Shown in pieces: positions 17,079 through 26,418 of a stretch of DNA of 64,000 bases (positions are counted from its first letter, which is position 1; each line of letters starts with the position of its first letter). The stretch spans positions 6,864 through 70,863 of the IMG/VR virus record IMGVR_UViG_3300043540_000178; one strand, given 5' to 3'. A model generated the notes under the pieces. That model saw nothing but the letters and a program-made list of their open reading frames with translations. It ran no database searches and was not told the origin of the DNA. The position numbers and the translations under genes were made by a program. The DNA comes from a virus.

Positions 17079-18284
17079 CTACAAATCCAGTAAACCTTTG
17101 GATTGTCCCTTTTTATTTTTTGGTTCATTTGCAGTAGTGTCTTTTATAGTTTCATTCACAATTCTTTGAGGCGCATCAAAAAATCTTGTCAATACAGTTT
17201 CACCTTTAGGAAACCTCATTACTCCACTCATAACCATTTCGATTTTTTGGATTGCATCATCTGTTCCATCAAATAAGCATTGATGAGGCACTATTTCATC
17301 ATGGGACAACCCGCGAGGTGCAACTGGAATTGTGTCATAATATAATGCTTCAGCAAGACAATATCCAAAATTTTCTTCAATTGAATTTGTTAACATGACT
17401 TTACTTGTTGCTATTTCTTCGTGATATTGTTTTTTTGTCAGCCCTTCTTTGATTGTGATAATGCCTTGCTTTTCCATCAGATGAGCTTTCTCAATTAACC
17501 ATGCTTGATTTGATTTCAACTCCTTGTTTGAAGTTGTAATCACAAATTCCCAATCTGGGTGCTTTGACTTTAATATGGCAGCAATATCTAAACTGATATT
17601 TGGACGTTTTTCATAATCAAAGCGATTTGGCATAATAATTTTATTGATTTTATTGCTGGTAAAAATCACATTTTCACCACTGGTATCAAATGTTCGTTTA
17701 AAAGATGTTACACCTGCATATTCACTCTTGAATAACGGATTACCTGTAACGATAATCTTATCTGATAATAGCATCCAATCATCTTTGTTTGCATATGGAC
17801 GAATTCTGCGTTCGATTACTGCATGCTTGTGATACTCAGAACCAACGAACACTTTATCGCAGATGCTCAACCAACCTAGTTCAGTGTACTTTTGCCACGG
17901 GGCCAACTGCTCCATAAGGTCTTCGTGAGTATAGGATGCTGCATGTAAGAATGCATATATACGAATGTTTTTGTTATTAATCTGTGCCATCATCTTGATG
18001 GCCTCTATACCCCAATGTTCCAAGTCAAAACTGAATACAATATCGTCATCTTTGACTTTGCCTTCTTGAAACATTTTCGCCATCGTAGCAACCTGAGTAT
18101 TCTTATAATGAACTGTGCTGTTCATCGGCAACCACGAGCCAACATCAATGCTATCTGAAAGAGGCGTTCCGTCAATCACTTGTACATTATATTTTTGTGC
18201 AAACACCTTCGGAAATTCTCTATACCACTGACCGGTGTATCTTGACTCAAATGGTTCCAATGGTAAAAGCCATGCTGTATTCAT
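17079..18284 (-). CDS. Glycosyltransferase, GT-B/GT4-like
   Basis: PNRFDYEKRP, EENFGYCLAEA (Ex7E), PVAP, N-terminal LEPFESRYTGQW. Confidence 0.85.
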   Translation of the reverse strand: MNTAWLLPLEPFESRYTGQWYREFPKVFAQKYNVQVIDGTPLSDSIDVGSWLPMNSTVHYKNTQVATMAKMFQEGKVKDDDIVFSFDLEHWGIEAIKMMAQINNKNIRIYAFLHAASYTHEDLMEQLAPWQKYTELGWLSICDKVFVGSEYHKHAVIERRIRPYANKDDWMLLSDKIIVTGNPLFKSEYAGVTSFKRTFDTSGENVIFTSNKINKIIMPNRFDYEKRPNISLDIAAILKSKHPDWEFVITTSNKELKSNQAWLIEKAHLMEKQGIITIKEGLTKKQYHEEIATSKVMLTNSIEENFGYCLAEALYYDTIPVAPRGLSHDEIVPHQCLFDGTDDAIQKIEMVMSGVMRFPKGETVLTRFFDAPQRIVNETIKDTTANEPKNKKGQSKGLLDL

Positions 18285-18667
18285 ATTTCAATGTCTCCGG
18301 TAAAATCTTCTGGTCGAGTAATCACCATAGTTCGTTTGGTGGTTGCAAACACTGTTAGATCTTTTGAAAATTTAATTTGATCGTTTGGATGCAAACTCCA
18401 AAATGATTCATTGTCAATCGTCAAAATGATATTTACATTTTCGGGATGTTCAGATACTTTAGTTCGTTCAACAGTCACAATGAAGCGTTCAGTTAAATGT
18501 GTCAACTCATATAAATCAAGTATGTTATTGTGATCTGAGATGTATAAACCTCTCACATCATCAGGCACTTCAATTTTGAAGTTCTCATTGCTGATTTCAT
18601 ATGCAGTACAAAACAATGTTTTTATACCGCACAAACGACCTTCTACTTCAATACCAATTTTTGCCAT
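18281..18667 (-). CDS. Hypothetical protein within the DNA-modification operon
   Basis: GIEVEG…GIKTLF motif; start (MAKIG) overlaps the upstream stop and stop overlaps the GT start. Confidence 0.7.
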   Translation of the reverse strand: MAKIGIEVEGRLCGIKTLFCTAYEISNENFKIEVPDDVRGLYISDHNNILDLYELTHLTERFIVTVERTKVSEHPENVNIILTIDNESFWSLHPNDQIKFSKDLTVFATTKRTMVITRPEDFTGDIEI

Positions 18668-19488
18668 TATGCAAGATACTCCGTTACGCAACCATTTTCG
18701 TCATCTTCACTCACTTCTATGGTCAAAGAACGACCTGGGTATTTATTCTTTATCTTCAATGATAATTCATCGGCAAGCATTTCGCAAGATTTGAAATCTA
18801 GTTTAAGAGTTCCATCACCATAGAGAGATTCACACCACCTCTTAAACTGAATAAACTCAATATCACGGTCATCGTGAAATACCTCAATTTGAACTTTGAA
18901 ATGAAACATGTGCCGATGCGGATACCCTAGGAAACTCACATCTTTCAACTTAGGGTCAGCCAATGCTGCTGGGTATTGATGTATTCCTTCTTTCTGAAAC
19001 TTTATCCAAATCTTACAAACATCATCTTTTTTTGTCAGAGACTCAAACAAAAAGTACTTCTCATTCGCAAATAGTTTGTGTTGTGATGGGTAAAGTGTCA
19101 ATAAAGTTTTTTCTTTTTCGACTTGTAATTCTTCAGAAAGAATATCAAATTTAGTGTTCATATCTATTGAATAATATTGTAGTTTATACATGTGCAAATT
19201 TTGCTTTGCAAACCGATTGACAGACTTATGATGTGGGTGGACATCATGTATATTTGGAACCAAGAAAATTGTCTCAGGATCTTCTTGTTTGATTGATATC
19301 GTTTCATTTTTCAAGAATATAGGCTCGAAGTTGAATAATTCTGCTGCTCTTTTTGCCTCTGCAATTCGTTCTTCAGTCAGGTCATAAAAATAATAAACTT
19401 TACTAACCAAACCAGCTTTTAGCAATCTGAAACACCCTATAACATCGTCATCAATATGCGGCGACAGTATCACTACATTTTTCATCAT
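18667..19488 (-). CDS. PIG-L/LmbE deacetylase domain fused to a QueD-paralog T-fold domain (DpdL-like)
   Basis: N-terminal ILSPHIDDDVIG and HPHH metal motifs; C-terminal EGIH.YP, LGYPHRHMFHF, DRDIEF, SCEMLA, VSEDDENG. Confidence 0.8.
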   Translation of the reverse strand: MMKNVVILSPHIDDDVIGCFRLLKAGLVSKVYYFYDLTEERIAEAKRAAELFNFEPIFLKNETISIKQEDPETIFLVPNIHDVHPHHKSVNRFAKQNLHMYKLQYYSIDMNTKFDILSEELQVEKEKTLLTLYPSQHKLFANEKYFLFESLTKKDDVCKIWIKFQKEGIHQYPAALADPKLKDVSFLGYPHRHMFHFKVQIEVFHDDRDIEFIQFKRWCESLYGDGTLKLDFKSCEMLADELSLKIKNKYPGRSLTIEVSEDDENGCVTEYLA

Positions 19489-20077
19489 AACTCTTCTTTC
19501 TTTGGAGATAATCAACAACTTCACCATTCACAAAATACTCTTGTGACATAGGTATTTCATTCTCATGTAGATAGTCAAAAACATCATCGTCTGTCCAATC
19601 ATAAATTGGATATAACATACTCAAGTCGAATATGCCTCTTTCTACAAATGATGGCATATCTTTTCGACTGATTTTTTCACCGTTGACAATGATTTCAGAA
19701 CTCTTGCCCGGCCTATTCCATTCACTTCGTCTAGCACCATCAATTTGGCATTTCAGCATATTTTTTGCTATCCAATTTGGCATTTTGCTTGAGTGCATGA
19801 ACTGGACTTCATATTTGGTGCCGACCATTTTATATAAAAACTGTAAAGTCAGTTCGTGCATTGCTGTTAGTTTGGCGACGTCGTCCTCTGTTTCATTTAG
19901 TAGAGGTTTAACGTTGTGAACAATTGTTAGTTCATGTGGCTTTATAACTTGACTTGTTAAGTGTAGTACAACAGTTGAATCTTTCCCGCCTGAGTGTCCC
20001 AAAAACAGACCCGAACCAAATTTGTTTTTTGCATCACGAATTAATTGTAATGCAGAATCAACTTTACTTACATTCAT
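19451..20077 (-). CDS. PAPS-reductase-fold PP-loop adenylyltransferase-like protein
   Basis: SGGKDST, DGARRSE..R, YPIYDWTDDDVFDYL; no C-terminal redox Cys motif. Confidence 0.8.
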   Translation of the reverse strand: MNVSKVDSALQLIRDAKNKFGSGLFLGHSGGKDSTVVLHLTSQVIKPHELTIVHNVKPLLNETEDDVAKLTAMHELTLQFLYKMVGTKYEVQFMHSSKMPNWIAKNMLKCQIDGARRSEWNRPGKSSEIIVNGEKISRKDMPSFVERGIFDLSMLYPIYDWTDDDVFDYLHENEIPMSQEYFVNGEVVDYLQRKKSYDEKCSDTVAAY

Positions 20078-21353
20078 ATAAAAACTCCTCTAATGATGAT
20101 CCATTATCTTCAATAGATGCAGTTCTTTTGCTATCAAAGTATTTACCGTATTCACGCTTCCATTTCTTAAAATCATCAACGGTGTTCAAATGTTCAAGTG
20201 TGTGGTACATACCTTCATATTTCTTCTTGGTTTTACTAACATAATTTGACTCATTTTTCAACTTATCAACCATCTCAAATAAGTTGTGCACCGAGAACAA
20301 TAGCAGTGCAAAACGAATGTTGTTTAAGTCACACATTGCTTGAACATTATCTTCAGGGTTTCCAGTTTTGGCAACTCTATCTTCCGCTGATAATAATAGA
20401 TTATCATGGAACTGTTCTTCTGTAAAGTTCAATCCTAGTTTAGTCTTTTGGAATGTGTCAAAAAGATGCCAGATTTTCCAATATGTTTGAGTGCGATGTC
20501 GACCAATCATCCAAATCTGACTGCCAACTTGTATTTGTGAACGTATTACACCTCCGGTATGTTTTGTACTGTCATATGAGATTAGTTGATTTTCTTTGAA
20601 CAAATGCTGTAGCTTCATCAATGTTTGAATTCTATTTGGACTCCCAACCCCCAGTAAATGGAAATGATTTGTTAAATTGTCCGGTACTTGCAATTTCGCT
20701 AAGGTGAAGTATCGTTCAACATCCTCTAACTCACCATTACCCAAACATCCACCACCAGATGCAATACCTGCTAGTTTAGCTTGATAATCTTGAGGAATAT
20801 GTTTCAACAACTTATCTGCCCATTCTTGATACGTGTCAATATCATTCCCCTGAATAATCATAAACGGTTTACATTTTGTTTGCAATTCGTCAAACACATC
20901 AATTTGCTTACAAATATTTCTGGCAGTTTGCTTGGTGCACTCATCAACCATGCTCCTGTCATATTTTCGATTTTCACTATTGACGAATTGACTTTTTCCC
21001 TCTGTTCTTAGTGGGATCTCATCAAAACACATTGCATGGGTTCCATACTTTGCCTGAACTCGATAAACTTTATCTCGAAGTTCATCATTTGGTGTATGAC
21101 CAAGGGTAATCATTTGCAATCCACCAGAGTCGACTTGAATTGAATATGGTGAGAAATAATCAACATGATATTGACCATCATCCGGTTCATTATATGCATT
21201 GAATAATACACCAAAAGAATGATAATCATACCATGAGTTTACCTTGTGTACCATATCGTGGATAGGTTTCAAGGCTTCAGGTGTACTCAATCTCACAAAC
21301 TGAGAACTGAATACAAATGAGAGTGCAGACGCAATGTATTCTAACCGAGGCAT
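20064..21353 (-). CDS. dpdA: TGT-fold guanine transglycosylase (DpdA-like)
   Basis: VDSGGLQ, MCFDEIP, IIQGN, HLLGVGS, SYDST; adjacent to folE. Confidence 0.8.
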   Translation of the reverse strand: MPRLEYIASALSFVFSSQFVRLSTPEALKPIHDMVHKVNSWYDYHSFGVLFNAYNEPDDGQYHVDYFSPYSIQVDSGGLQMITLGHTPNDELRDKVYRVQAKYGTHAMCFDEIPLRTEGKSQFVNSENRKYDRSMVDECTKQTARNICKQIDVFDELQTKCKPFMIIQGNDIDTYQEWADKLLKHIPQDYQAKLAGIASGGGCLGNGELEDVERYFTLAKLQVPDNLTNHFHLLGVGSPNRIQTLMKLQHLFKENQLISYDSTKHTGGVIRSQIQVGSQIWMIGRHRTQTYWKIWHLFDTFQKTKLGLNFTEEQFHDNLLLSAEDRVAKTGNPEDNVQAMCDLNNIRFALLLFSVHNLFEMVDKLKNESNYVSKTKKKYEGMYHTLEHLNTVDDFKKWKREYGKYFDSKRTASIEDNGSSLEEFLYECK

Positions 21354-21362
21354 AATATTGTT

Positions 21363-22043
21363 TTATCTTGCAAGAGACATGAACTCAGATCGCACTGGAC
21401 CTTCTTTGAAAACACCACCCAACGCACTGGTGCTTGTATGAGATGATTGATCTTGGATACCGCGACTCTTGACGCAATAGTGCGTAGCATCAATAACAAC
21501 AGCAACATCTTCTGTATCAAGAATAAATTTCATGGTCTCAAAAATTTGGGCTGTTAGTCGTTCTTGCACTTGAGGACGACGAGAGAAGTAGTTAACCACC
21601 CGATTAATCTTACTCAATCCAATTACTTTATTTTTAGGAATGTATGCAACAGATGCTTTACCATCAATTACCACACCATGATGTTCGCATTGTGACATAA
21701 CTGCAATGTCTTTTTCCACAAGCATTTCATTGTACTTCATCTTGTTATCAATGGTGGTTATCTTTGGGAAATTATCAGGCGACAATCCCCAATAAATTTC
21801 TTTGACAAACATCTTTGCAATTCTGCGTGGAGTATCTGCAAGTGAATCATCGTTCATATTAAGACCAAGAATTTCCCAAATAGATTTTGTATGAAACTCG
21901 ATTTCTTCTAGTTTATATGCGTCATCAAGTTTCAATTTATCAGTGGTTGGTGTTTGAAGTCCCAAACTGATAAGATGATTTTCTACTTTTTGACCCAAAA
22001 CTGGATCGGTTTTGCCAATATGTGACATATTAATCCCTTTCAT
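21363..22043 (-). CDS. folE: GTP cyclohydrolase I
   Basis: DTPRRIAKM, SQCEHH, AYIP, GLSKINR, RRPQVQERLT, HYCVKSRG. Confidence 0.97.
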   Translation of the reverse strand: MKGINMSHIGKTDPVLGQKVENHLISLGLQTPTTDKLKLDDAYKLEEIEFHTKSIWEILGLNMNDDSLADTPRRIAKMFVKEIYWGLSPDNFPKITTIDNKMKYNEMLVEKDIAVMSQCEHHGVVIDGKASVAYIPKNKVIGLSKINRVVNYFSRRPQVQERLTAQIFETMKFILDTEDVAVVIDATHYCVKSRGIQDQSSHTSTSALGGVFKEGPVRSEFMSLAR

Positions 22044-22086
22044 AATTAACGCATTAAGTATAACAACCTATATCAATTTAATCAAA

Positions 22087-22608
22087 TTAACCAACTTTAT
22101 CTGCGCAATGTAGTTTAACCGCTTCATCGGCAGTCAGATAAACATCAGAATGGGGTAATAAGAATTGTTCTACAAATTTTCTATTTTTACCTGTGCATTT
22201 TATATAATGCGTTATCATTCTCTCATTCAACAATTCAAATTCTTTGTGTTGCGCAGTCAGATCATGAAATTTACCTTCACTGCCTGCACTGAAACGATGA
22301 CTCAATACACTGGTATTTGGTTTTATCATACGATTACCTTTTTCACCTGCCATAAAGATCATAAATGCAGATGATTGAACTTCACCTATTGCAATAGTTC
22401 TAATAGGAATGTTAGAACTATTCATCATATCAATGATTGCGAATGCAGATGCCAATTCACCACCATCACTACAAATAATCAATGTCAAATATTCAGGTCT
22501 AACATCTGCTATATTTGCATTTATAATCCACTCAACAACATCTCTTGCGGAGTTTGAATCAATTTTATTGAAGAGATAAAAAATCATAGGAACATTAATG
22601 TCATGCAT
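22087..22608 (-). CDS. ClpP-like protease subunit
   Basis: ICSDGGE…FAIID, VQSSAFMIFMAG..G.R, LSH, D.YLTADEA. Confidence 0.85.
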   Translation of the reverse strand: MHDINVPMIFYLFNKIDSNSARDVVEWIINANIADVRPEYLTLIICSDGGELASAFAIIDMMNSSNIPIRTIAIGEVQSSAFMIFMAGEKGNRMIKPNTSVLSHRFSAGSEGKFHDLTAQHKEFELLNERMITHYIKCTGKNRKFVEQFLLPHSDVYLTADEAVKLHCADKVG

Positions 22609-22610
22609 AA

Positions 22611-23255
22611 TTATCCTTTAAGAAGTGTAATGAGTTTATCTCTATAATTGATTCTGTTTTCTACATACACTTGTATTGTGTCAGAAAATTCTACACCAAT
22701 CAAAATCACTAACTGAGGCACTTTAATATTATATCTTTCTTCAATCATATATGAATATATAGTGGTTTGAAGAAAGTAATTCTCAATTTCGTATTTATCT
22801 TTATTTTTAGTTGATGACTTAAAGTCAATGATAGAGGGTATGTTTTTCCAGTCTGCAAAAAGGTCAATTGTGCCGGCCAATTTTAATGTGTCTGAGTACA
22901 ATGGATATTCCATTGCACGAATATTGGACACGTTTTGTTTTAGTGTAGTTGAAAATGATTTGAAAAGTGAACGCCCAACCAAGTCTGTTCTAGGTATGTT
23001 CACTTCCTCATTCATCAAGAATCGTTCAATGTTGTTATGCATTGACGTTCCGCGTGATGCTGCTCTTACGGAGATTCTTCTTGCTTCAACTTCACCTACA
23101 GCATTTCTCCATTTTTCTAGTTCTTCTTTACCGTGCTTTCCCAAAAACGTAGTTACCGAATCGTAAATGTTACCTTCAGGTGTAACATATTTACGACCGG
23201 CAGGTGAATCTACTCGTTGAAGTTCTAGTTTAGGGAGCCAATTATGGCTAAACAC
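22611..23255 (-). CDS. PD-(D/E)xK exonuclease
   Basis: R.Y.TP.G..Y.SVTT, RGT.MH, LAGTID, IIDFKSS, YFLQ..IY. Confidence 0.88.
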   Translation of the reverse strand: MFSHNWLPKLELQRVDSPAGRKYVTPEGNIYDSVTTFLGKHGKEELEKWRNAVGEVEARRISVRAASRGTSMHNNIERFLMNEEVNIPRTDLVGRSLFKSFSTTLKQNVSNIRAMEYPLYSDTLKLAGTIDLFADWKNIPSIIDFKSSTKNKDKYEIENYFLQTTIYSYMIEERYNIKVPQLVILIGVEFSDTIQVYVENRINYRDKLITLLKG

Positions 23256-23256
23256 C

Positions 23257-23697
23257 TTAGCTTAGTCCATCTGTATATGAAGTTGGTTTGCCAGGTACAA
23301 AATGCGCAGTCATTGCTTGACCTCGTAGTCTTGGATCAAATGAAATATGTACCCATGTACCTTCAGTAATCAACTGGTCAAATTTTAAACCAGATGCCAA
23401 AATCTTTTTTGCAACCTGGAGTGGTTCACCAAATTCAGGACAAATGAAGTCTACTGCATATCCTAAACAATGTGCAGAATGTTCACTTCCACCAACTGCT
23501 GCATTAACTGCGGCACTCCTATATCCTGAATTTACATGAATAGGAATATCACCGAGAATATGTCTAACAATCTCCATTTGCCATGCAGTGTGATTGAGAT
23601 TCGATACTATCTCAGTGTTTGGTGTATTATCAACACCTCGAACTTGAGTGATTGTCAATTCCTCTAGAGAAAAATGTGTAGATAGCTGAGTTGTCAT
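23257..23697 (-). CDS. Peptidase M15A endolysin-like protein
   Basis: LSTHFSLEEL, NSGYRS..VN..VGG…SAH..G.AVD, WVHIS. Confidence 0.9.
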   Translation of the reverse strand: MTTQLSTHFSLEELTITQVRGVDNTPNTEIVSNLNHTAWQMEIVRHILGDIPIHVNSGYRSAAVNAAVGGSEHSAHCLGYAVDFICPEFGEPLQVAKKILASGLKFDQLITEGTWVHISFDPRLRGQAMTAHFVPGKPTSYTDGLS

Positions 23698-23978
23698 TAT
23701 TCCGCCTTTGATGTAAGAATTTGAAAAATTGAATTTGGTAAAACAAAAAGAGAACCATCATAACCAGAAACAACCCAATCCGTATTATTGACGAATTGGA
23801 CATTTCCACCTGACATAATTTGCATAAAAGTATAAGTCAGAACTCCATTTTTAACTTGTGATACAACTTTAATTCTTTCAGGATTTGGTGATGCTAGTTG
23901 TTGTATTTGACTCAACGAAAATGGTGTACCATTCCATTGAGCTGCATCTAAGATAATTAGATTTGTTTTATACTTCAT
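23697..23978 (-). CDS. Hypothetical protein
   Basis: Coupled ORF; A.QWNG…DWVV…G pattern. Confidence 0.6.
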   Translation of the reverse strand: MKYKTNLIILDAAQWNGTPFSLSQIQQLASPNPERIKVVSQVKNGVLTYTFMQIMSGGNVQFVNNTDWVVSGYDGSLFVLPNSIFQILTSKAE

Positions 23979-23986
23979 TTGGTTCC

Positions 23987-24253
23987 TTAAATTTTGGTTA
24001 TTGTGCTAACTTGATCTAATCTAGATCCTGGTGTATTTTCATGAATTTGCTGCAATTTGTCTCGCCATTTTCCATTTGTATTTTTTCTATCACTACTATA
24101 TAACATTGGTGGCGCACTCAATTGTTGTAATACTCCACCAATTTCATTACAAGAAGGGCAAGGATTTTTACATGGCGTATCACGTGATGCTATTTCTTGT
24201 AGTAGATCAAAACTATGATTGCACTTGATACAAATATATCCATATATAGGCAT
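23987..24253 (-). CDS. FmdB-like zinc-ribbon protein
   Basis: MPIYGY.CIKC…F…CPSC. Confidence 0.8.
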   Translation of the reverse strand: MPIYGYICIKCNHSFDLLQEIASRDTPCKNPCPSCNEIGGVLQQLSAPPMLYSSDRKNTNGKWRDKLQQIHENTPGSRLDQVSTITKI

Positions 24254-24255
24254 TG

Positions 24256-24711
24256 TTACTCCAAAATGTTGTCTTCCAATTCACATTTAACCATATTTGC
24301 GCTTAACCACTCAGTTCCTGTTTTTGATGAACCAGCATAGCGGCGTCTAAATATAACTACTTTGATGCCAGCATTTAAGATGATCTTTGCGCAATTGATG
24401 CATGGCTCATGCGTAAGAAACATCCATCCACCATCAGTTGATACCCCCTGTTGCATCAATTTTGCAAATAAGTTCTCCTCTGCATGAGATACTTCATCTA
24501 ATGTCACAAGACGACATTGTCCATGTTCATCAATTACTTTTCGTTCGCAGCAATTTGAACCACCTGCCGGTAAACCATTTATACCTGTACTCATTACACC
24601 TTTTGGTGAAACGAAAACAGCACCAACTTTTAAACGAACTGCATGTGATTCTTGTGCAACTCTATCCGCAATGTCAAGGTACATCTTAATCCATTTAGAT
24701 TTCATGCACAC
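24256..24711 (-). CDS. cd: dCMP deaminase
   Basis: KVGAV, G.NG.P.G, HAEEN, THEPCINCAK. Confidence 0.92.
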   Translation of the reverse strand: MCMKSKWIKMYLDIADRVAQESHAVRLKVGAVFVSPKGVMSTGINGLPAGGSNCCERKVIDEHGQCRLVTLDEVSHAEENLFAKLMQQGVSTDGGWMFLTHEPCINCAKIILNAGIKVVIFRRRYAGSSKTGTEWLSANMVKCELEDNILE

Positions 24712-25218
24712 TCACTGACTAACATACGCCGGAAAAATATTTTTAACTAACTCAGCATTAATAGTTGGATACAATTCTTCAAGTGCTTTGTCTTTTGCTG
24801 AGCACATAATTTCAGCATCTTTCAAAGGACATGCTAGAAGCACTTGGATAAATATATCTTCTTTCTTTGATGGTTTTAAGTTTCCACCAGGTAAACAATG
24901 TTTTAGACGATGAATATTAGATGCTAAGGTTCCCATCATATCAGGATGAGTGACTGTATCCAGTTCTTTTGGTTTCAAAGGGGGCATACCTTCTGGTAAA
25001 TCTAACTTAACATTGTTATTAAAATTCAATGATAGCAAAAAGTTCAATGGAGCTTTGCTGCCAAATTCTCTAAGAAGCTGTGTTTTATATTCACCTTCTG
25101 CTTTGTCAATTGCTTCCAGTTGTTCAAACGCATGGATCAATTTTGGAATTGTCTTTGACGATTCCCAAGTACGTTTATTTTCTGTCATAATGTTGTCCTT
25201 ATTAAAATTCTGTTGCAT
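24712..25218 (-). CDS. Conserved T4-like hypothetical protein
   Basis: F…DLPEG.PP…KKEDIFIQ.L…AE…KDK pattern; start probably MTENK. Confidence 0.7.
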   Translation of the reverse strand: MQQNFNKDNIMTENKRTWESSKTIPKLIHAFEQLEAIDKAEGEYKTQLLREFGSKAPLNFLLSLNFNNNVKLDLPEGMPPLKPKELDTVTHPDMMGTLASNIHRLKHCLPGGNLKPSKKEDIFIQVLLACPLKDAEIMCSAKDKALEELYPTINAELVKNIFPAYVSQ

Positions 25219-26101
25219 TGCTCATTAAGAGCTTCATTCTGTTCTTTGTTAAATAGTTGAAAACTTTTGCTTTGCTTCCTTCTATTTTTGTTTCAATGAA
25301 AGCCTGTATCACTTTGATATTTATGCGAGTAGGAATCATATCAAAATCAATTAACATCTCATTCCTTTTCCAATTTCGACGTTCATCCTCATTCAGACAT
25401 GCATCAATACCTTTGTTATAAAAATCCACCATGCGAGATGATTTTAATGGCGCTGCTCTTGTTGGTACATTGTCCATTCTTGCTTTGGCCCATGCGTCAC
25501 CATTTACTACTGACGGAACATTATCGCCTTTATCACCTTCAACAATATGTTCAATCAAATATTGTTTTGGATTCTTGCATACAATGAACTTCTTCATGAC
25601 ATTGTTCCATTGACGAACATTGGGATATTTCTGCAATTGCTGAAAGTCACTATCAGTTGAAATGATAACGATTTCATCTGGTTCTTCAATAAGTCCTGTA
25701 TTTACTAACTCATTTTCCTGATAGTATTTCACCAAAATTGAGATTATATCATCTGCTTCTGCTTCTTCCACTTCAATTACTTTATACGGAAAGTTCGCTT
25801 TCAAGTCTTCTTTCAATTCATTCAATGTTTCAAACAACACATCCCAGTCAATAAAATTATTATCTTTCTTTTCATGATGTCGATGGCCTTTGTAATAGAT
25901 GAATTCTTGTTTTCTCCAATAGTTTTTTGAGTCACAAATAATAATCAATTCACCATGAAACTTCTTTTTCCAACTTAGAAGCATTGATAGTGCAATATGT
26001 TTTATATAATTTTTTGTATCTCCACTGTTGCGCAAGTCGTTCGCTTGAGCAGCGCAAGCTGAAATAACTGTCTGTGAAAAATCGACCAGAATTTTTGTCA
26101 T
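25202..26101 (-). CDS. rnh: T4-type RNase H (5'-3' exonuclease)
   Basis: ILVDFSQ, CDSKNYWR, YKG.R, EADDII, STDSDFQQL, GDKGDNVP. Confidence 0.93.
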   Translation of the reverse strand: MTKILVDFSQTVISACAAQANDLRNSGDTKNYIKHIALSMLLSWKKKFHGELIIICDSKNYWRKQEFIYYKGHRHHEKKDNNFIDWDVLFETLNELKEDLKANFPYKVIEVEEAEADDIISILVKYYQENELVNTGLIEEPDEIVIISTDSDFQQLQKYPNVRQWNNVMKKFIVCKNPKQYLIEHIVEGDKGDNVPSVVNGDAWAKARMDNVPTRAAPLKSSRMVDFYNKGIDACLNEDERRNWKRNEMLIDFDMIPTRINIKVIQAFIETKIEGSKAKVFNYLTKNRMKLLMSNATEF

Positions 26102-26102
26102 C

Positions 26103-26408
26103 TTATATCTTACCAAGTTCTTTAAAGTGTCTAACCACACTATTTGCTAGAGATTCACAAATTTTGAAATCTTTTTCACTACGGACTTGAAAGGTTTGCA
26201 AGAAAATAAAATATGCTTGCTGCCAAATAGCAATTTCATCATGTGTATTTGTATTACCAGTTATCTTGGATTCTGTCTTGGTATGTTGCAATGCTTTAGC
26301 TGCACGAGCTTTTTCTATGCCAGCTTGTCTGTTTGCTTTAATACGAGCAGCCTTCATTTCTGGTGTTTCTTCTCCATTACCCATTACAGATGCAGATGTT
26401 GTTGTCAT
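26103..26408 (-). CDS. Hypothetical protein
   Basis: ORF with AAGGAG SD. Confidence 0.6.
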   Translation of the reverse strand: MTTTSASVMGNGEETPEMKAARIKANRQAGIEKARAAKALQHTKTESKITGNTNTHDEIAIWQQAYFIFLQTFQVRSEKDFKICESLANSVVRHFKELGKI

Positions 26409-26418
26409 TTTGTTCTCC

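Noticed and set aside
19451-20077. cysH auxiliary metabolic gene or DndC/SspD phosphorothioation
   Set aside because: It lacks the redox and Fe-S cysteine motifs, and no other dnd/ssp or sulfur genes are in the window.
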